From Eledone cirrhosa (lineage: Eukaryota), in contig OZ024742.1 of NCBI GenBank assembly GCA_964016885.1, positions 375,658,001 through 375,722,000 of the forward strand: DNA of 64,000 nucleotides. The letters run 5' to 3'. The position numbers and the translations under genes were made by a program. Shown one piece after another: positions 7,901-21,400 of the stretch. How positions within the stretch are numbered: the first letter of the stretch is position 1; the number at the start of each line of letters is the position of its first letter. The notes beneath the pieces were generated by a model. The model was not told the origin of the DNA. It ran no database searches and saw only the letters and a program-made list of their open reading frames with translations.

Positions 7901-10900
7901 TATGGAAGTTCTCCTGTCTATCCAGACACTCACTAGAGAGAAGGGAGGTATGGAAGGTCTCCTGTCTATCTAGACACTCATTAGAGAGCAGGGAGGTATG
8001 GAAGGTCTCCAGTCTATCTAGACACTCACTAGAGAGCAGGGAGGTATGGAAGTCTCCTGTCTATTTAGACACTTAGTAGAGAGAAGGGAGGTATGGAAGG
8101 TCTCCTGTCTATCTAGACACTCACTAGAAAGCAGGGAGGTACGGAAGGTCTCCTGTCTATCTAGACACTCAGGAGAGCAGGGAGATATGGAAGGTCTCCA
8201 GTCTATCTAGACACTCACTAGAGAGCAGGGAGGTATGGAAGGTCTCCTGTCTATCTAGACACTCAGTAGAGAGCAGGGAGGTATGGAAGGTCTCCTGCCT
8301 ATCTAGAAACTCACTAGAGAGCAGGGAGGTAAGGAAGTCCTCCTGTCTATCTAGACACTCACTAGAGAGCAGGGAGGTATGGAAGGTCTTCTGTCTATCT
8401 ACACACCCAGTAGAGAGGAGGGAGGTATGTAAGGTCTCCTGTCTATCTAGACACTCAGTAGAGAGTAGGGAGGTCGCCTGTCTATCTAGACACTCAGTAG
8501 AGAGCAGGGACGTATGGAAGGTCTCCTGACTATCTACACACCCAGTAGAGAGGAGGGAGGTATGTAAGGTCTCCTGTCTATCTAGACACTCAGTAGAGAG
8601 TAGGGAGGTCTCCTGTCTATCTAGACACTCACTAGAGAGCAGGGAGGTATGGAAGGTCTCCTGTCTATCTAGACAGTCAGTAGAGCGCAGGGAGGTACGG
8701 AAGTTCTCCTGTCTATCTAGAAACTCACTAGAGAGTACGGGGGTATAGAAGGTATCCTGTCTATCTAGACACTCACTAGAGAGCAGGGAGGTATGGAAGG
8801 TCTCCTGTCTATCTAGACACTCACTAGAGAGCAGGGAGGTATGGAAGGTCTCCTGTCTATCTAGACAGTCAGTAGAGCGCAGGGAGGTACGGAAGTTCTC
8901 CTGTCTATCTAGAAACTCACTAGAGAGTACGGGGGTATAGAAGGTATCCTGTCTATCTAGACACTCACTAGAGAGCAGGGAGGTATGGAAGGTCTCCTGT
9001 CTATCTAGATACTCACTAGAGAGCAGGGAGGTATGGAAGGTCTCCTGTCTGTCTAAACACTCACTAGAGAGCAGGGAGGTATGGAAGGTCTCCTGTCTAT
9101 CTAGACACTCACTAGAGAGCAGGGAGGTATGGAAGGTCTCCTGTCTATCTAGACACTCAGTAGAGAGCAGGGAGGTATGGAAGGTCTCCTGTCTATCTAG
9201 ACACTCACTAGAGAGCAGGGCGGTATGGAAAGTCTCCTGTCTGTCTAGACACTCACTAGAGAGCAGGGAGGTATGGAAGGTCTCCTGTCTATCTAGACAC
9301 TCACTAGAGAGCAGGGAGGTATGGAAGGTCTCCTGTCTATCTAGACACTCAGTAGAGAGCAGGGAGGTATGGAAGGTCACCTGTCTATCTAGACACTCAG
9401 GAGAGCAGGGAGATATGGAAGGTCTCCTGTCTATTTAGACACTCAGTAGAGAGCAGGGAGGTATGGAAGGTCTCCTGTCTATCTAGACACTCAGAAGAGA
9501 GCAGGGAGGTATGGAATGTCTCCTGACTATCTAGACACTCAGTAGAGAGCAGGGAGGTATGGAAGGTCTCCTACTATCTAGACACTCACTAGAGAGCAGG
9601 GAGGTACGGAAGGTCTCCTGTCTATCTAGACACTCAGGAGAGAGTAGGGAGATATGGAAGGTCTCCTTTCTATCTAGACACTCACTAGAGAGCAGCGAGG
9701 TATGGAAGGTCTCCTGCCTATCTAGACACTCACTACAGAGCAGGGAGGTATGGAAGGTCTCCTGTCTATCTACACACCCAGTAGAGAGGAGGGAGGTATG
9801 TAAGGTCTCCTGTCTATCTAGACACTCAGTAGAGAGCAGGGAGGTATGGAAGGTCTCCTATCTATCTAGACACTCACTAGAGAGCAGGGAGGTATGTAAT
9901 GTCCCTTGTCTATCTAGACACTCAGTAGAGAGTAGGGAGATACGGAAGGTCTCCTGTCTATCTAGACACTCAGGAGAGAGTAGGGAGATATGGAAGGTCT
10001 CCTGTCTATCTAGACACTCAGTAGAGAGCAGGGAGGTATGGAAGTTCTCCTGTCTATCCAGACACTCACTAGAGAGAAGGGAGGTATGGAAGGTCTCCTG
10101 TCTATCTAGACACTCATTAGAGAGCAGGGAGGTATGGAAGGTCTCCAGTCTATCTAGACACTCACTAGAGAGCAGGGAGGTATGGAAGGTCTCCTGTCTA
10201 TTTAGACACTTAGTAGAGAGAAGGGAGGTATGGAAGGTCTCCTGTCTATCTAGACACTCACTAGAAAGCAGGGAGGTACGGAAGGTCTCCTGTCTATCTA
10301 GACACTCAGGAGAGCAGGGAGATATGGAAGGTCTCCTGTCTATCTAGACACTCACTAGAGAGCAGGGAGGTATGGAAGGTCTCCTGTCTATCTAGACACT
10401 CAGTAGAGAGCAGGGAGGTATGGAAGGTCTCCTGCCTATCTAGAAACTCACTAGAGAGCAGGGAGGTAAGGAAGTCCTCCTGTCTATCTAGACACTCACT
10501 AGAGAGCAGGGAGGTATGTAAGGTCTCCTGTCTATCTAGACACTCAGTAGAGAGCAGGGACGTATGGAAGGTCTCCTGACTATCTACACACCCAGTAGAG
10601 AGGAGGGAGGTATGGAAGGTCTCCTGTCTATCTAGACAGTCAGTAGAGCGCAGGGAGGTACGGAAGTTCTCCTGTCTATCTAGAAACTCACTAGAGAGTA
10701 CGGGGGTATAGAAGGTATCCTGTCTATCTAGACACTCAGTAGAGAGCAGGGAGGTATGTAAGATTTCCTGTCTATCTAGACACTCACTAGAGAGTAGGGA
10801 GATAAGGAAGGTCTCCTGTCTATCTAGACACTCAGTAGAGAGCAGGAAGGTCTCCTGTCTATCTAGACACTGAGTAGAGAGCAGGGAGGTATGGAAGTTC

Positions 10901-13900
10901 TCCTGTCTATCCAGACACTAAGGAGAGAGCAGGCAGGTATGGAAGGTCTCCTGTCTATCTAGACACTCAGTAGAGAGCAGGGAGGTACGGAAGGTCTCCT
11001 GTCTATCTAGACACTCAGTAGAGAGCAGGGAGGTACGGAAGGTCTCCTGTCTATCTAGACACTCAGTAGAGAGCAGGAAGTTCTCCTGTCTATCTCGACA
11101 CTCAGTAGAGAGCAGGGAGGTATGGAAGGTCTCCCGACTATCTACACACCCAGTAGAGAGGAGGGAGGTATGTAAGGTCTCCTGTCTATCTAGACACTCA
11201 GTAGAGAGTAGGGAGGTCTCCTGTCTATCTAGACACTCAGGAGAGAGTAGGGAGATATGGAAGGTCTCCTGTCTATCTAGACACTCACTAAAGAGCAGGG
11301 AGATATGGAAGGTCTCCTGTCTATCTAGACACTCAGGAGAGAGTAGGGAGATATGCAAGGTCTCCTGTCTATCTAGACACTCAGTAGAGGGCTGGGAGGT
11401 CTCCTGTCTATCTAGACACTGAGTAGAGAGCAGAGAGGTATGGAAGGTCTCATGTCTATCTAGACACTCACTAGAGAGCAGGGAGGTATGGAAGGTCTCC
11501 TGTCTATCCAGACACTCACTAGAGAGCAGGGACGTATGGAAGGTCTCCTGTCTATCTAGACACTCAGTAGAGAGCAGGGAGGTACGGAGGGTCTCCTGTC
11601 TAACTAGAGACTCACTAGAGAGCAGGGAGGTATGGAAGGTCTCCTGTCTATCTAGACACTCAGGAGAGCAGGGAGATATGGAAGGTCTCCTGTCTATCTA
11701 GACACTCACTAGAGAGCAGGGAGGTATGGAAGGTCTCCTGTCTATCTAGACACTCAGTAGAGAGCAGGGAGGTATGGAAGGTCTCCTGTCTATCTAGACA
11801 CTCACTAGAGAGCAGGGAGGTATGGAAGGTCTCCTTCCTATCTAGAAGCTCACTAGAGAGCAGGGAGGTATGGAAGTTCTCCTGTCTATCTAGACACTCA
11901 CTAGAGAGCAGGGAGGTATGGAAGTTCTCCTGTCTATCTAGACACTCACTAGAGAGCAGGGAGGTATGGAAGTTCTCCTGTCTATCTAGACACTCACTAG
12001 AGAGCAGGGAGGTATGGAAGGTCTCCTGTCTATCTAGACACTCAGTAGAGAGCAGGGAGGTCTCCTGTCTATCTAGACACTCACTAGAGAGCAGGGAGGT
12101 ATGGAAGGTCTCCTGTCTATCTAGACACTCAGTAGAGAGCAGGGAGGTATGGAAGGTCTCCTGTCTATCTAGACACTTACTAGAGAGCAGGGAGGTATGG
12201 AAGGTCTCCTTCCTATCTAGAAGCTCACTAGAGAGCAGGGAGGTATGGAAGTTCTCCTGTCTATCTAGACACTCACTAGAGAGCAGGGAGGTATGGAAGT
12301 TCTCCTGTCTATCTAGACACTCACTAGAGAGCAGGGAGGTATGGAAGTTCTCCTGTCTATCTAGACACTCACTAGAGAGCAGGGAGGTATGGAAGGTCTC
12401 CTGTCTATCTAGACACTCAGTAGAGAGCAGGGAGGTCTCCTGTCTATCTAGACACTGAGTAGAGAGCAGGGAGGTATGGAAGTTCTCCTGTCTATCTAGA
12501 CACTCAGGAGAGCAGGGAGATATGGAAGGTCTCCTGTCTATCTAGACACTCACTAGAGAGCAGGGAGGTATGGAAGGTCTCCTGTCTATCTAGACACTCA
12601 GGAGAGCAGGGAGATATGGAAGGTCTCCTGCCTATCTAGAAACTCACTAGAGAGCTGGGAGGTATGGAAGTTCTCCTGTCTATCTAGACACTCAGTAGAG
12701 AGCAGGAAGTTCTCCTGTCTATCTAGACACTCAGTAGAGAGCAGGGACGTATGGAAGGTCTCCTGTCTATCTAGACACTCAGTAGAGAGCAGGGAGGTAT
12801 GGAAGGTCTCCTGTCTATCTAGACACTCACTAGAGAGTAGGGAGATAAGGAAGGTCTCCTGTCTATCTAGACACTCAGTAGAGAGCAGGAAGGTCTCCTG
12901 TCTATCTAGACACTGAGTAGAGAGCAGGGAGGTATGGAAGTTCTCCTGTCTATCCAGACACTCACTAGAGAGCAGGGACGTATGGAAGGTCTCCTGTCTA
13001 TCTAGACACTCAGTAGAGAATAAGGAGGTATGGATGGTCTCCTGTCTATCTAGACACTCACTAGAGAGCACGGAGGTATGGAAGGTCTCCTGTCTATCTA
13101 GACATTCACTAGAGAGCATGGAGGTATGGAAGGTCTCCTGTCTGTCTAGACACTCACTAGAGAGCAGGCAGGTATGGAAGGTCTCCTGTCTATCTAGACA
13201 CTCACTAGAGAGCAGGGAGGTATGGAAGTTCTCCTGTCTATCTAGACACTCACTAGAGAGCAGGGAGGTATGGAAGGTCTCCTGTCTATCTAAACACCCA
13301 GTAGAGAGGAGGGAGGTATGTAAGGTCTCCTGTCTATCTAGACAATCAGTAGAGAGCAGGGAGATATGGAAGGTCTCCTGTCTATCTAGACACTCAGTAG
13401 AGAGCAGGGAGGTCTCCTGTCTATCTAGACACTGAGTAGAGAGCAGGGAGGTATGGAAGTTCTCCTGTCTATCCAGACACTAAGGAGAGAGCAGGCAGGT
13501 ATGGAAGGTCTCCTGTCTATCTAGACACTCAGGAGAGCAGGGAGATACGGAAGGTCTCCTGTCTATCTAGACACTCACTAGAGAGCAGGGAGGTACGGAA
13601 GGTCTCCTGTCTATCTAGACACTCACTAGAGAGCAGGGAGATACGGAAGGTCTCCTGTCTATCTAGACACTCACTAGAGAGCAGGGAGGTACGCAAGGTC
13701 TCCTGTCTATCTAGACACTCACTAGAGAGCAGGGAGGTATGGAAGGTCTCCTGTCTATCTAGACAATCAGAAGAGAGCAGAGAGGTATGGAAGGTCTCCT
13801 GTCTATCTAGACACTCAGGAGAGAGTAGGGAGATATGGAAGGTCTCCTGTCTATCTAGACACTCACTAGAGAGCAGGGACGTATGGAAGGTCTCCTGTCT

Positions 13901-16900
13901 ATCTAGACACTCAGTAGAGAGGAGGGAGATATGGAAGGTCTCCTGTCTATCTAGACACTCACTAGAGAGCAGGGAGGTATGGAAGGTCTCCTGTCTATCT
14001 AGACACTCAGTAGAGAGCAGGGAGGTATGGAAGGTCTCCTGCCTATCTAGAAACTCACTAGAGAGCAGGGAGGTATGGAAGTTCTCCTGTCTATCTAGAC
14101 ACTCACTAGAGAGCAAGGAGGTATGGAAGGTCTCCTGTCTATCTAGACTCTCAGTAGAGAGCAGGGAGGTCTCCTGTCTATCTAGACACTCAGTAGAGAG
14201 CAGGGAGGTACGGAAGGTCTCCTGTCTATCTAGAGACTCACTAGAGAGCAGGGAGGTATGGAAGGTCTCCTGTCTATCTAGACACTCAGGAGAGCAGGGA
14301 GATACGGAAGGTCTCCTGTCTATCTAGACACTCACTAGAGAGCAGGGAGGTATGGAAGTTCTCCTGTCTATCTAGACACTCACTAGAGAGCAGGGAGGTA
14401 TGGAAGGTCTCCTGTCTATCTAAACACCCAGTAGAGAGGAGGGAGGTATGTAAGGTCTCCTGTCTATCTAGACAATCAGTAGAGAGCAGGGAGATATGGA
14501 AGGTCTCCTGTCTATCTAGACACTCAGTAGAGAGCAGGGAGGTCTCCTGTCTATCTAGACACTGAGTAGAGAGCAGGGAGGTATGGAAGTTCTCCTGTCT
14601 ATCCAGACACTAAGGAGAGAGCAGGCAGGTATGGAAGGTCTCCTGTCTATCTAGACACTCAGGAGAGCAGGGAGATACGGAAGGTCTCCTGTCTATCTAG
14701 ACACTCACTAGAGAGCAGGGAGGTACGGAAGGTCTCCTGTCTATCTAGACACTCACTAGAGAGCAGGGAGATACGGAAGGTCTCCTGTCTATCTAGACAC
14801 TCACTAGAGAGCAGGGAGGTACGCAAGGTCTCCTGTCTATCTAGACACTCACTAGAGAGCAGGGAGGTATGGAGGGTCTACTGTCTATCCAGTCACTCAC
14901 TATAGAGCAGGGAGATACGGAAGGTCTCCTGTCTATCTAGACACTCACTAGAGAGCAGGGAGGTATGGAAGGTCTCCTGTCTATCCAGACACTCACTAGA
15001 GAGCAGGGAGATACGGAAGGTCTCCTGTCTATCTAGACACTCACTAGAGAGCAGGGAGGTACGCAAGGTCTCCTGTCTATCTAGACACTCACTAGAGAGC
15101 AGGGAGGTATGGAAGGTCACCCGACTATCTACACACCCAGTAGAGAGGAGGGAGGTATGTAAGGTCTCCTGTCTATCTAGACACTCAGTAGAGAGTAGGG
15201 AGGTCTCCTGTCTATCTAGACACTCACTAGAGAGCTGGGAGGTATGGAAGGTCTCCTGTCTATCTAGACAATCAGAAGAGAGCAGAGAGGTATGGAAGGT
15301 CTCCTGTCTATCTAGACACTCAGGAGAGAGTAGGGAGATATGGAAGGTCTCCTGTCTATCTAGACACTCACTAGAGAGCAGGGACGTATGGAAGGTCTCC
15401 TGTCTATCTAGACACTCAGTAGAGAGCAGGGAGATATGGAAGGTCTCCTGTCTATCTAGACACTCACTAGAGAGCAGGGAGGTATGGAAGGTCTCCTGTC
15501 TATCTAGACACTCAGTAGAGAGCAGGGAGGTATGGAAGGTCTCCTGCCTATCTAGAAACTCACTAGAGAACAGGGAGGTATGGAAGTTCTCCTGTCTATC
15601 TAGACACTCACTAGAGAGCAAGGAGGTATGGAAGGTCTCCTGTCTATCTAGACTCTCAGTAGAGAGCAGGGAGGTCTCCTGTCTATCTAGACACTCAGTA
15701 GAGAGCAGGGAGGTACGGAAGGTCTCCTGTCTATCTAGAGACTCACTAGAGAGCAGGGAGGTATGGAAGGTCTCCTGTCTATCTAGACACTCAGGAGAGC
15801 AGGGAGATATGGAAGGTCTCCTGTCTATCTAGACACTCACTAGAGAGCAGGGAGATACGGAAGGTCTCCTGTCTATCTAGACACTCACTAGAGAGCAGGG
15901 AGGTACGCAAGGTCTCCTGTCTATCTAGACACTCACTAGAGAGCAGGGAGGTATGGAAGGTCTCCTGTCTATCCAGTCACTCACTAGAGAGCAGGGAGAT
16001 ACGGAAGGTCTCCTGTCTATCTAGACACTCACTAGAGAGCAGGGAGGTATGGAAGGTCTCCTGTCTATCCAGACACTCACTAGAGAGCAGGGAGATACGG
16101 AAGGTCTCCTGTCTATCTAGACACTCACTAGAGAGCAGGGAGGTACGCAAGGTCTCCTGTCTATCTAGACACTCACTAGAGAGCAGGCAGGTATGGAAGG
16201 TCTCCCGACTATCTACACACCCAGTAGAGAGGAGGGAGGTATGTAAGGTCTCCTGTCTATCTAGACACTCAGTAGAGAGTAGGGAGGTCTCCTGTCTATC
16301 TAGACACTCACTAGAGAGCAGGGAGGTATGGAAGGTCTCCTGTCTATCTAGACAATCAGAAGAGAGCAGAGAGGTATGGAAGGTCTCCTGTCTATCTAGA
16401 CACTCAGGAGAGAGTAGGGAGATATGGAAGGTCTCCTGTCTATCTAGACACTCACTAGAGAGCAGGGACGTATGGAAGGTCTCCTGTCTATCTAGACACT
16501 CAGTAGAGAGGAGGGAGATATGGAAGGTCTCCTGTCTATCTAGACACTCACTAGAGAGCAGGGAGGTATGGAAGGTCTCCTGTCTATCTAGACACTCAGT
16601 AGAGAGCAGGGAGGTATGGAAGGTCTCCTGCCTATCTAGAAACTCACTAGAGAGCAGGGAGGTATGGAAGTTCTCCTGTCTATCTAGACACTCACTAGAG
16701 AGCAAGGAGGTATGGAAGGTCTCCTGTCTATCTAGACTCTCAGTAGAGAGCAGGGAGGTCTCCTGTCTATCTAGACACTCAGTAGAGAGCAGGGAGGTAC
16801 GGAAGGTCTCCTGTCTATCTAGAGACTCACTAGAGAGCAGGGAGGTATGGAAGGTCTCCTGTCTATCTAGACACTCAGGAGAGCAGGGAGATACGGAAGG

Positions 16901-18499
16901 TCTCCTGTCTATCTAGACACTCACTAGAGAGCAGGGAGGTATGGAAGTTCTCCTGTCTATCTAGACACTCACTAGAGAGCAGGGAGGTATGGAAGGTCTC
17001 CTGTCTATCTAAACACCCAGTAGAGAGGAGGGAGGTATGAAAGGTCTCCTGTCTATCTAGACAATCAGTAGAGAGCAGGGAGATATGGAAGGTCTCCTGT
17101 CTATCTAGACACTCAGTAGAGAGCAGGGAGGTCTCCTGTCTATCTAGACACTGAGTAGAGAGCAGGGAGGTATGGAAGTTCTCCTGTCTATCCAGACACT
17201 AAGGAGAGAGCAGGCAGGTATGGAAGGTCTCCTGTCTATCTAGACACTCAGGAGAGCAGGGAGATATGGAAGGTCTCCTGTCTATCTAGACACTCACTAG
17301 AGAGCAGGGAGGTACGGAAGGTCTCCTGTCTATCTAGACACTCACTAGAGAGCAGGGAGATACGGAAGGTCTCCTGTCTATCTAGACACTCACTAGAGAG
17401 CAGGGAGGTACGCAAGGTCTCCTGTCTATCTAGACACTCACTAGAGAGCAGGGAGGTATGGAGGGTCTACTGTCTATCCAGTCACTCACTAGAGAGCAGG
17501 GAGATACGGAAGGTCTCCTGTCTATCTAGACACTCACTAGAGAGCAGGGAGGTATGGAAGGTCTCCTGTCTATCCAGACACTCACTAGAGAGCAGGGAGA
17601 TACGGAAGGTCTCCTGTCTATCTAGACACTCACTAGAGAGCAGGGAGGTACGCAAGGTCTCCTGTCTATCTAGACACTCACTAGAGAGCAGGGAGGTATG
17701 GAAGGTCACCCGACTATCTACACACCCAGTAGAGAGGAGGGAGGTATGTAAGGTCTCCTGTCTATCTAGACACTCAGTAGAGAGTAGGGAGGTCTCCTGT
17801 CTATCTAGACACTCACTAGAGAGCTGGGAGGTATGGAAGGTCTCCTGTCTATCTAGACAATCAGAAGAGAGCAGAGAGGTATGGAAGGTCTCCTGTCTAT
17901 CTAGACACTCAGGAGAGAGTAGGGAGATATGGAAGGTCTCCTGTCTATCTAGACACTCACTAGAGAGCAGGGACGTATGGAAGGTCTCCTGTCTATCTAG
18001 ACACTCAGTAGAGAGCAGGGAGGTATGGAAGGTCTCCTGCCTATCTAGAAACTCACTAGAGAACAGGGAGGTATGGAAGTTCTCCTGTCTATCTAGACAC
18101 TCACTAGAGAGCAAGGAGGTATGGAAGGTCTCCTGTCTATCTAGACTCTCAGTAGAGAGCAGGGAGGTCTCCTGTCTATCTAGACACTCAGTAGAGAGCA
18201 GGGAGGTACGGAAGGTCTCCTGTCTATCTAGAGACTCACTAGAGAGCAGGGAGGTATGGAAGGTCTCCTGTCTATCTAGACACTCAGGAGAGCAGGGAGA
18301 TATGGAAGGTCTCCTGTCTATCTAGACACTCACTAGAGAGCAGGGAGGTATGGAAGGTCTCCTGTCTATCTAGACACTCAGTAGAGAGCAGGGAGGTATG
18401 GAAGGTCTCCTGCCTATCTAGAAACTCACTAGAGAGCAGGGAGGTATGGAAGTTCTCCTGTCTATCTAGACACTCACTAGAGAGCAGGGAGGTATGGAA

Positions 18500-21400
18500 G
18501 GTCTTCTGTCTATCTACACACCCAGTAGAGAGGAGGGAGGTATGTAAGGTCTCCTGTCTATCTAGACACTCAGTAGAGAGTAGGGAGGTCTCCTGTCTAT
18601 CTAGACACTCAGTAGAGAGCAGGGACGTATGGAAGGTCTCCTGACTATCTACACACCCAGTAGAGAGGAGGGAGGTATGTAAGGTCTCCTGTCTATCTAG
18701 ACACTCAGTAGAGAGTAGGGAGGTCTCCTGTCTATCTAGACATTCACTAGAGAGCAGGGAGGTATGGAAGGTCTCCTGTCTATCTAGACAGTCAGTAGAG
18801 CGCAGGGAGGTACGGAAGTTCTCCTGTCTATCTAGAAACTCACTAGAGAGTACGGGGGTATAGAAGGTATCCTGTCTATCTAGACACTCAGTAGAGAGCA
18901 GGGAGGTATGTAAGATTTCCTGTCTATCTAGACACTCACTAGAGAGTAGGGAGATAAGGAAGATCTCCTGTCTATCTAGAAACTCAGTAGAGAGCAGGAA
19001 GGTCTCCTGTCTATCTAGACACTGAGTAGAGAGCAGGGAGGTATGGAAGTTCTCCTGTCTATCCAGACACTCACTAGAGACAGGGACTTATGGAAGGTCT
19101 CCTGTCTATCTAGACACTCAGTAGAAAGCAGGGAGGTACGGAAGGTCTCCTGTCTATCTAGAGACTCACTAGAGAGCAGGGAGGTATGGAAGGTCTCCTG
19201 TCTATCTAGACACTCAGGAGGGCAGGGAGATATGGAAGGTCTCCTGTCTATCTAGACACTCACTAGAGAGTAGGGAGGTATGGAAGGTCTCCTGTCTGTC
19301 TAGACACTCAGTAGAGAGCAGGGAGGTATGGAAGGTCTCCTGCCTATCTAGAAACTCACTAGAGAGCAGGGAGGTATGGAAGTTCTCCTGTCTATCTAGA
19401 CACCCACTAGAGAGCAGGGAGGTATGGAAGGTCTCCTGCCTATCTAGACACTCAGTAGAGAGTAGGGAGGTCTCCTGTCTATCTAGACACTGAGTAGAGA
19501 GCAGGGAGGTATGGAAGTTCTCCTGTCTATCCAGACAGTAAGGAGAGCAGGCAGGTATGGAAGGTCTCCTGTCTATCTAGACACTCACTACAGAGCAGGG
19601 AGGTATGGAAGTTCTCCTGTCTATCTAGACACTCAGTAGAGAGCAGGAAGTTCTGTCTATCTAGACACTCAGTAGAGAGCAGGGAGGTAGGGAAGGTCTC
19701 CCGACTATCTACACACCCAGTAGAGAGGAGGGAGGTATGTGAGGTCTCCTGCCTATCTAGACACTCAGTAGAGAGTAGGGAGATATGGAAGGTCTCCTGT
19801 CTATCTAGACACTCACTAGAGAGCAGGGCGGTATGGAAAGTCTCCTGCCTATGTAGACACTCAGTAGAGAGCAGGGAGGTATGAAAGGTCTCCTGTCTAT
19901 CTAGACACTCACTAGAGAGCAGGGAGGTATGGAAGGTCTCCTGTCTATCTAGACACTCACTAGAGAGCAGGGAGGTATGGAAGGTCTCCTGTCTGTCTAA
20001 ACACTCACTAGAGAGCAGGGAGGTATGGAAGGTCTCCTGTCTATCTAGACACTCACTAGAGAGCAGGGAGGTATGGAAGGTCTCCTGTCTATCTAGACAC
20101 TCAGTAGAGAGCAGGGAGGTATGGAAGGTCTCCTGTCTATCTAGACACTCACTAGAGAGCAGGGCGGTATGGAAAGTCTCCTGTCTGTCTAGACACTCAC
20201 TAGAGAGCAGGGAGGTATGGAAGGTCTCCTGTCTATCTAGACACTCACTAGAGAGCAGGGAGGTATGGAAGGTCTCCTGTCTATCTAGACACTCAGTAGA
20301 GAGCAGGGAGGTATGGAAGGTCACCTGTCTATCTAGACACTCAGGAGAGCAGGGAGATATGGAAGGTCTCCTGTCTATTTAGACACTCAGTAGAGAGCAG
20401 GGAGGTATGGAAGGTCTCCTGTCTATCTAGACACTCAGAAGAGAGCAGGGAGGTATGGAATGTCTCCTGACTATCTAGACACTCAGTAGAGAGCAGGGAG
20501 GTATGGAAGGTCTCCTACTATCTAGACACTCACTAGAGAGCAGGGAGGTACGGAAGGTCTCCTGTCTATCTAGACACTCAGGAGAGAGTAGGGAGATATG
20601 GAAGGTCTCCTTTCTATCTAGACACTCACTAGAGAGCAGCGAGGTATGGAAGGTCTCCTGCCTATCTAGACACTCACTACAGAGCAGGGAGGTATGGAAG
20701 GTCTCCTGTCTATCTACACACCCAGTAGAGAGGAGGGAGGTATGTAAGGTCTCCTGTCTATCTAGACACTCAGTAGAGAGCAGGGAGGTATGGAAGGTCT
20801 CCTATCTATCTAGACACTCACTAGAGAGCAGGGAGGTATGTAATGTCCCTTGTCTATCTAGACACTCAGTAGAGAGTAGGGAGATACGGAAGGTCTCCTG
20901 TCTATCTAGACACTCAGGAGAGAGTAGGGAGATATGGAAGGTCTCCTGTCTATCTAGACACTCAGTAGAGAGCAGGGAGGTATGGAAGTTCTCCTGTCTA
21001 TCCAGACACTCACTAGAGAGCAGGGAGGTATGGAAGGTCTCCTGTCTATCTAGACACTCATTAGAGAGCAGGGAGGTATGGAAGGTCTCCAGTCTATCTA
21101 GACACTCACTAGAGAGCAGGGAGGTATGGAAGGTCTCCTGTCTATTTAGACACTTAGTAGAGAGAAGGGAGGTATGGAAGGTCTCCTGTCTATCTAGACA
21201 CTCACTAGAAAGCAGGGAGGTACGGAAGGTCTCCTGTCTATCTAGACACTCAGGAGAGCAGGGAGATATGGAAGGTCTCCTGTCTATCTAGACACTCACT
21301 AGAGAGCAGGGAGGTATGGAAGGTCTCCTGTCTATCTAGACACTCAGTAGAGAGCAGGGAGGTATGGAAGGTCTCCTGCTTATCTAGAAACTCACTAGAG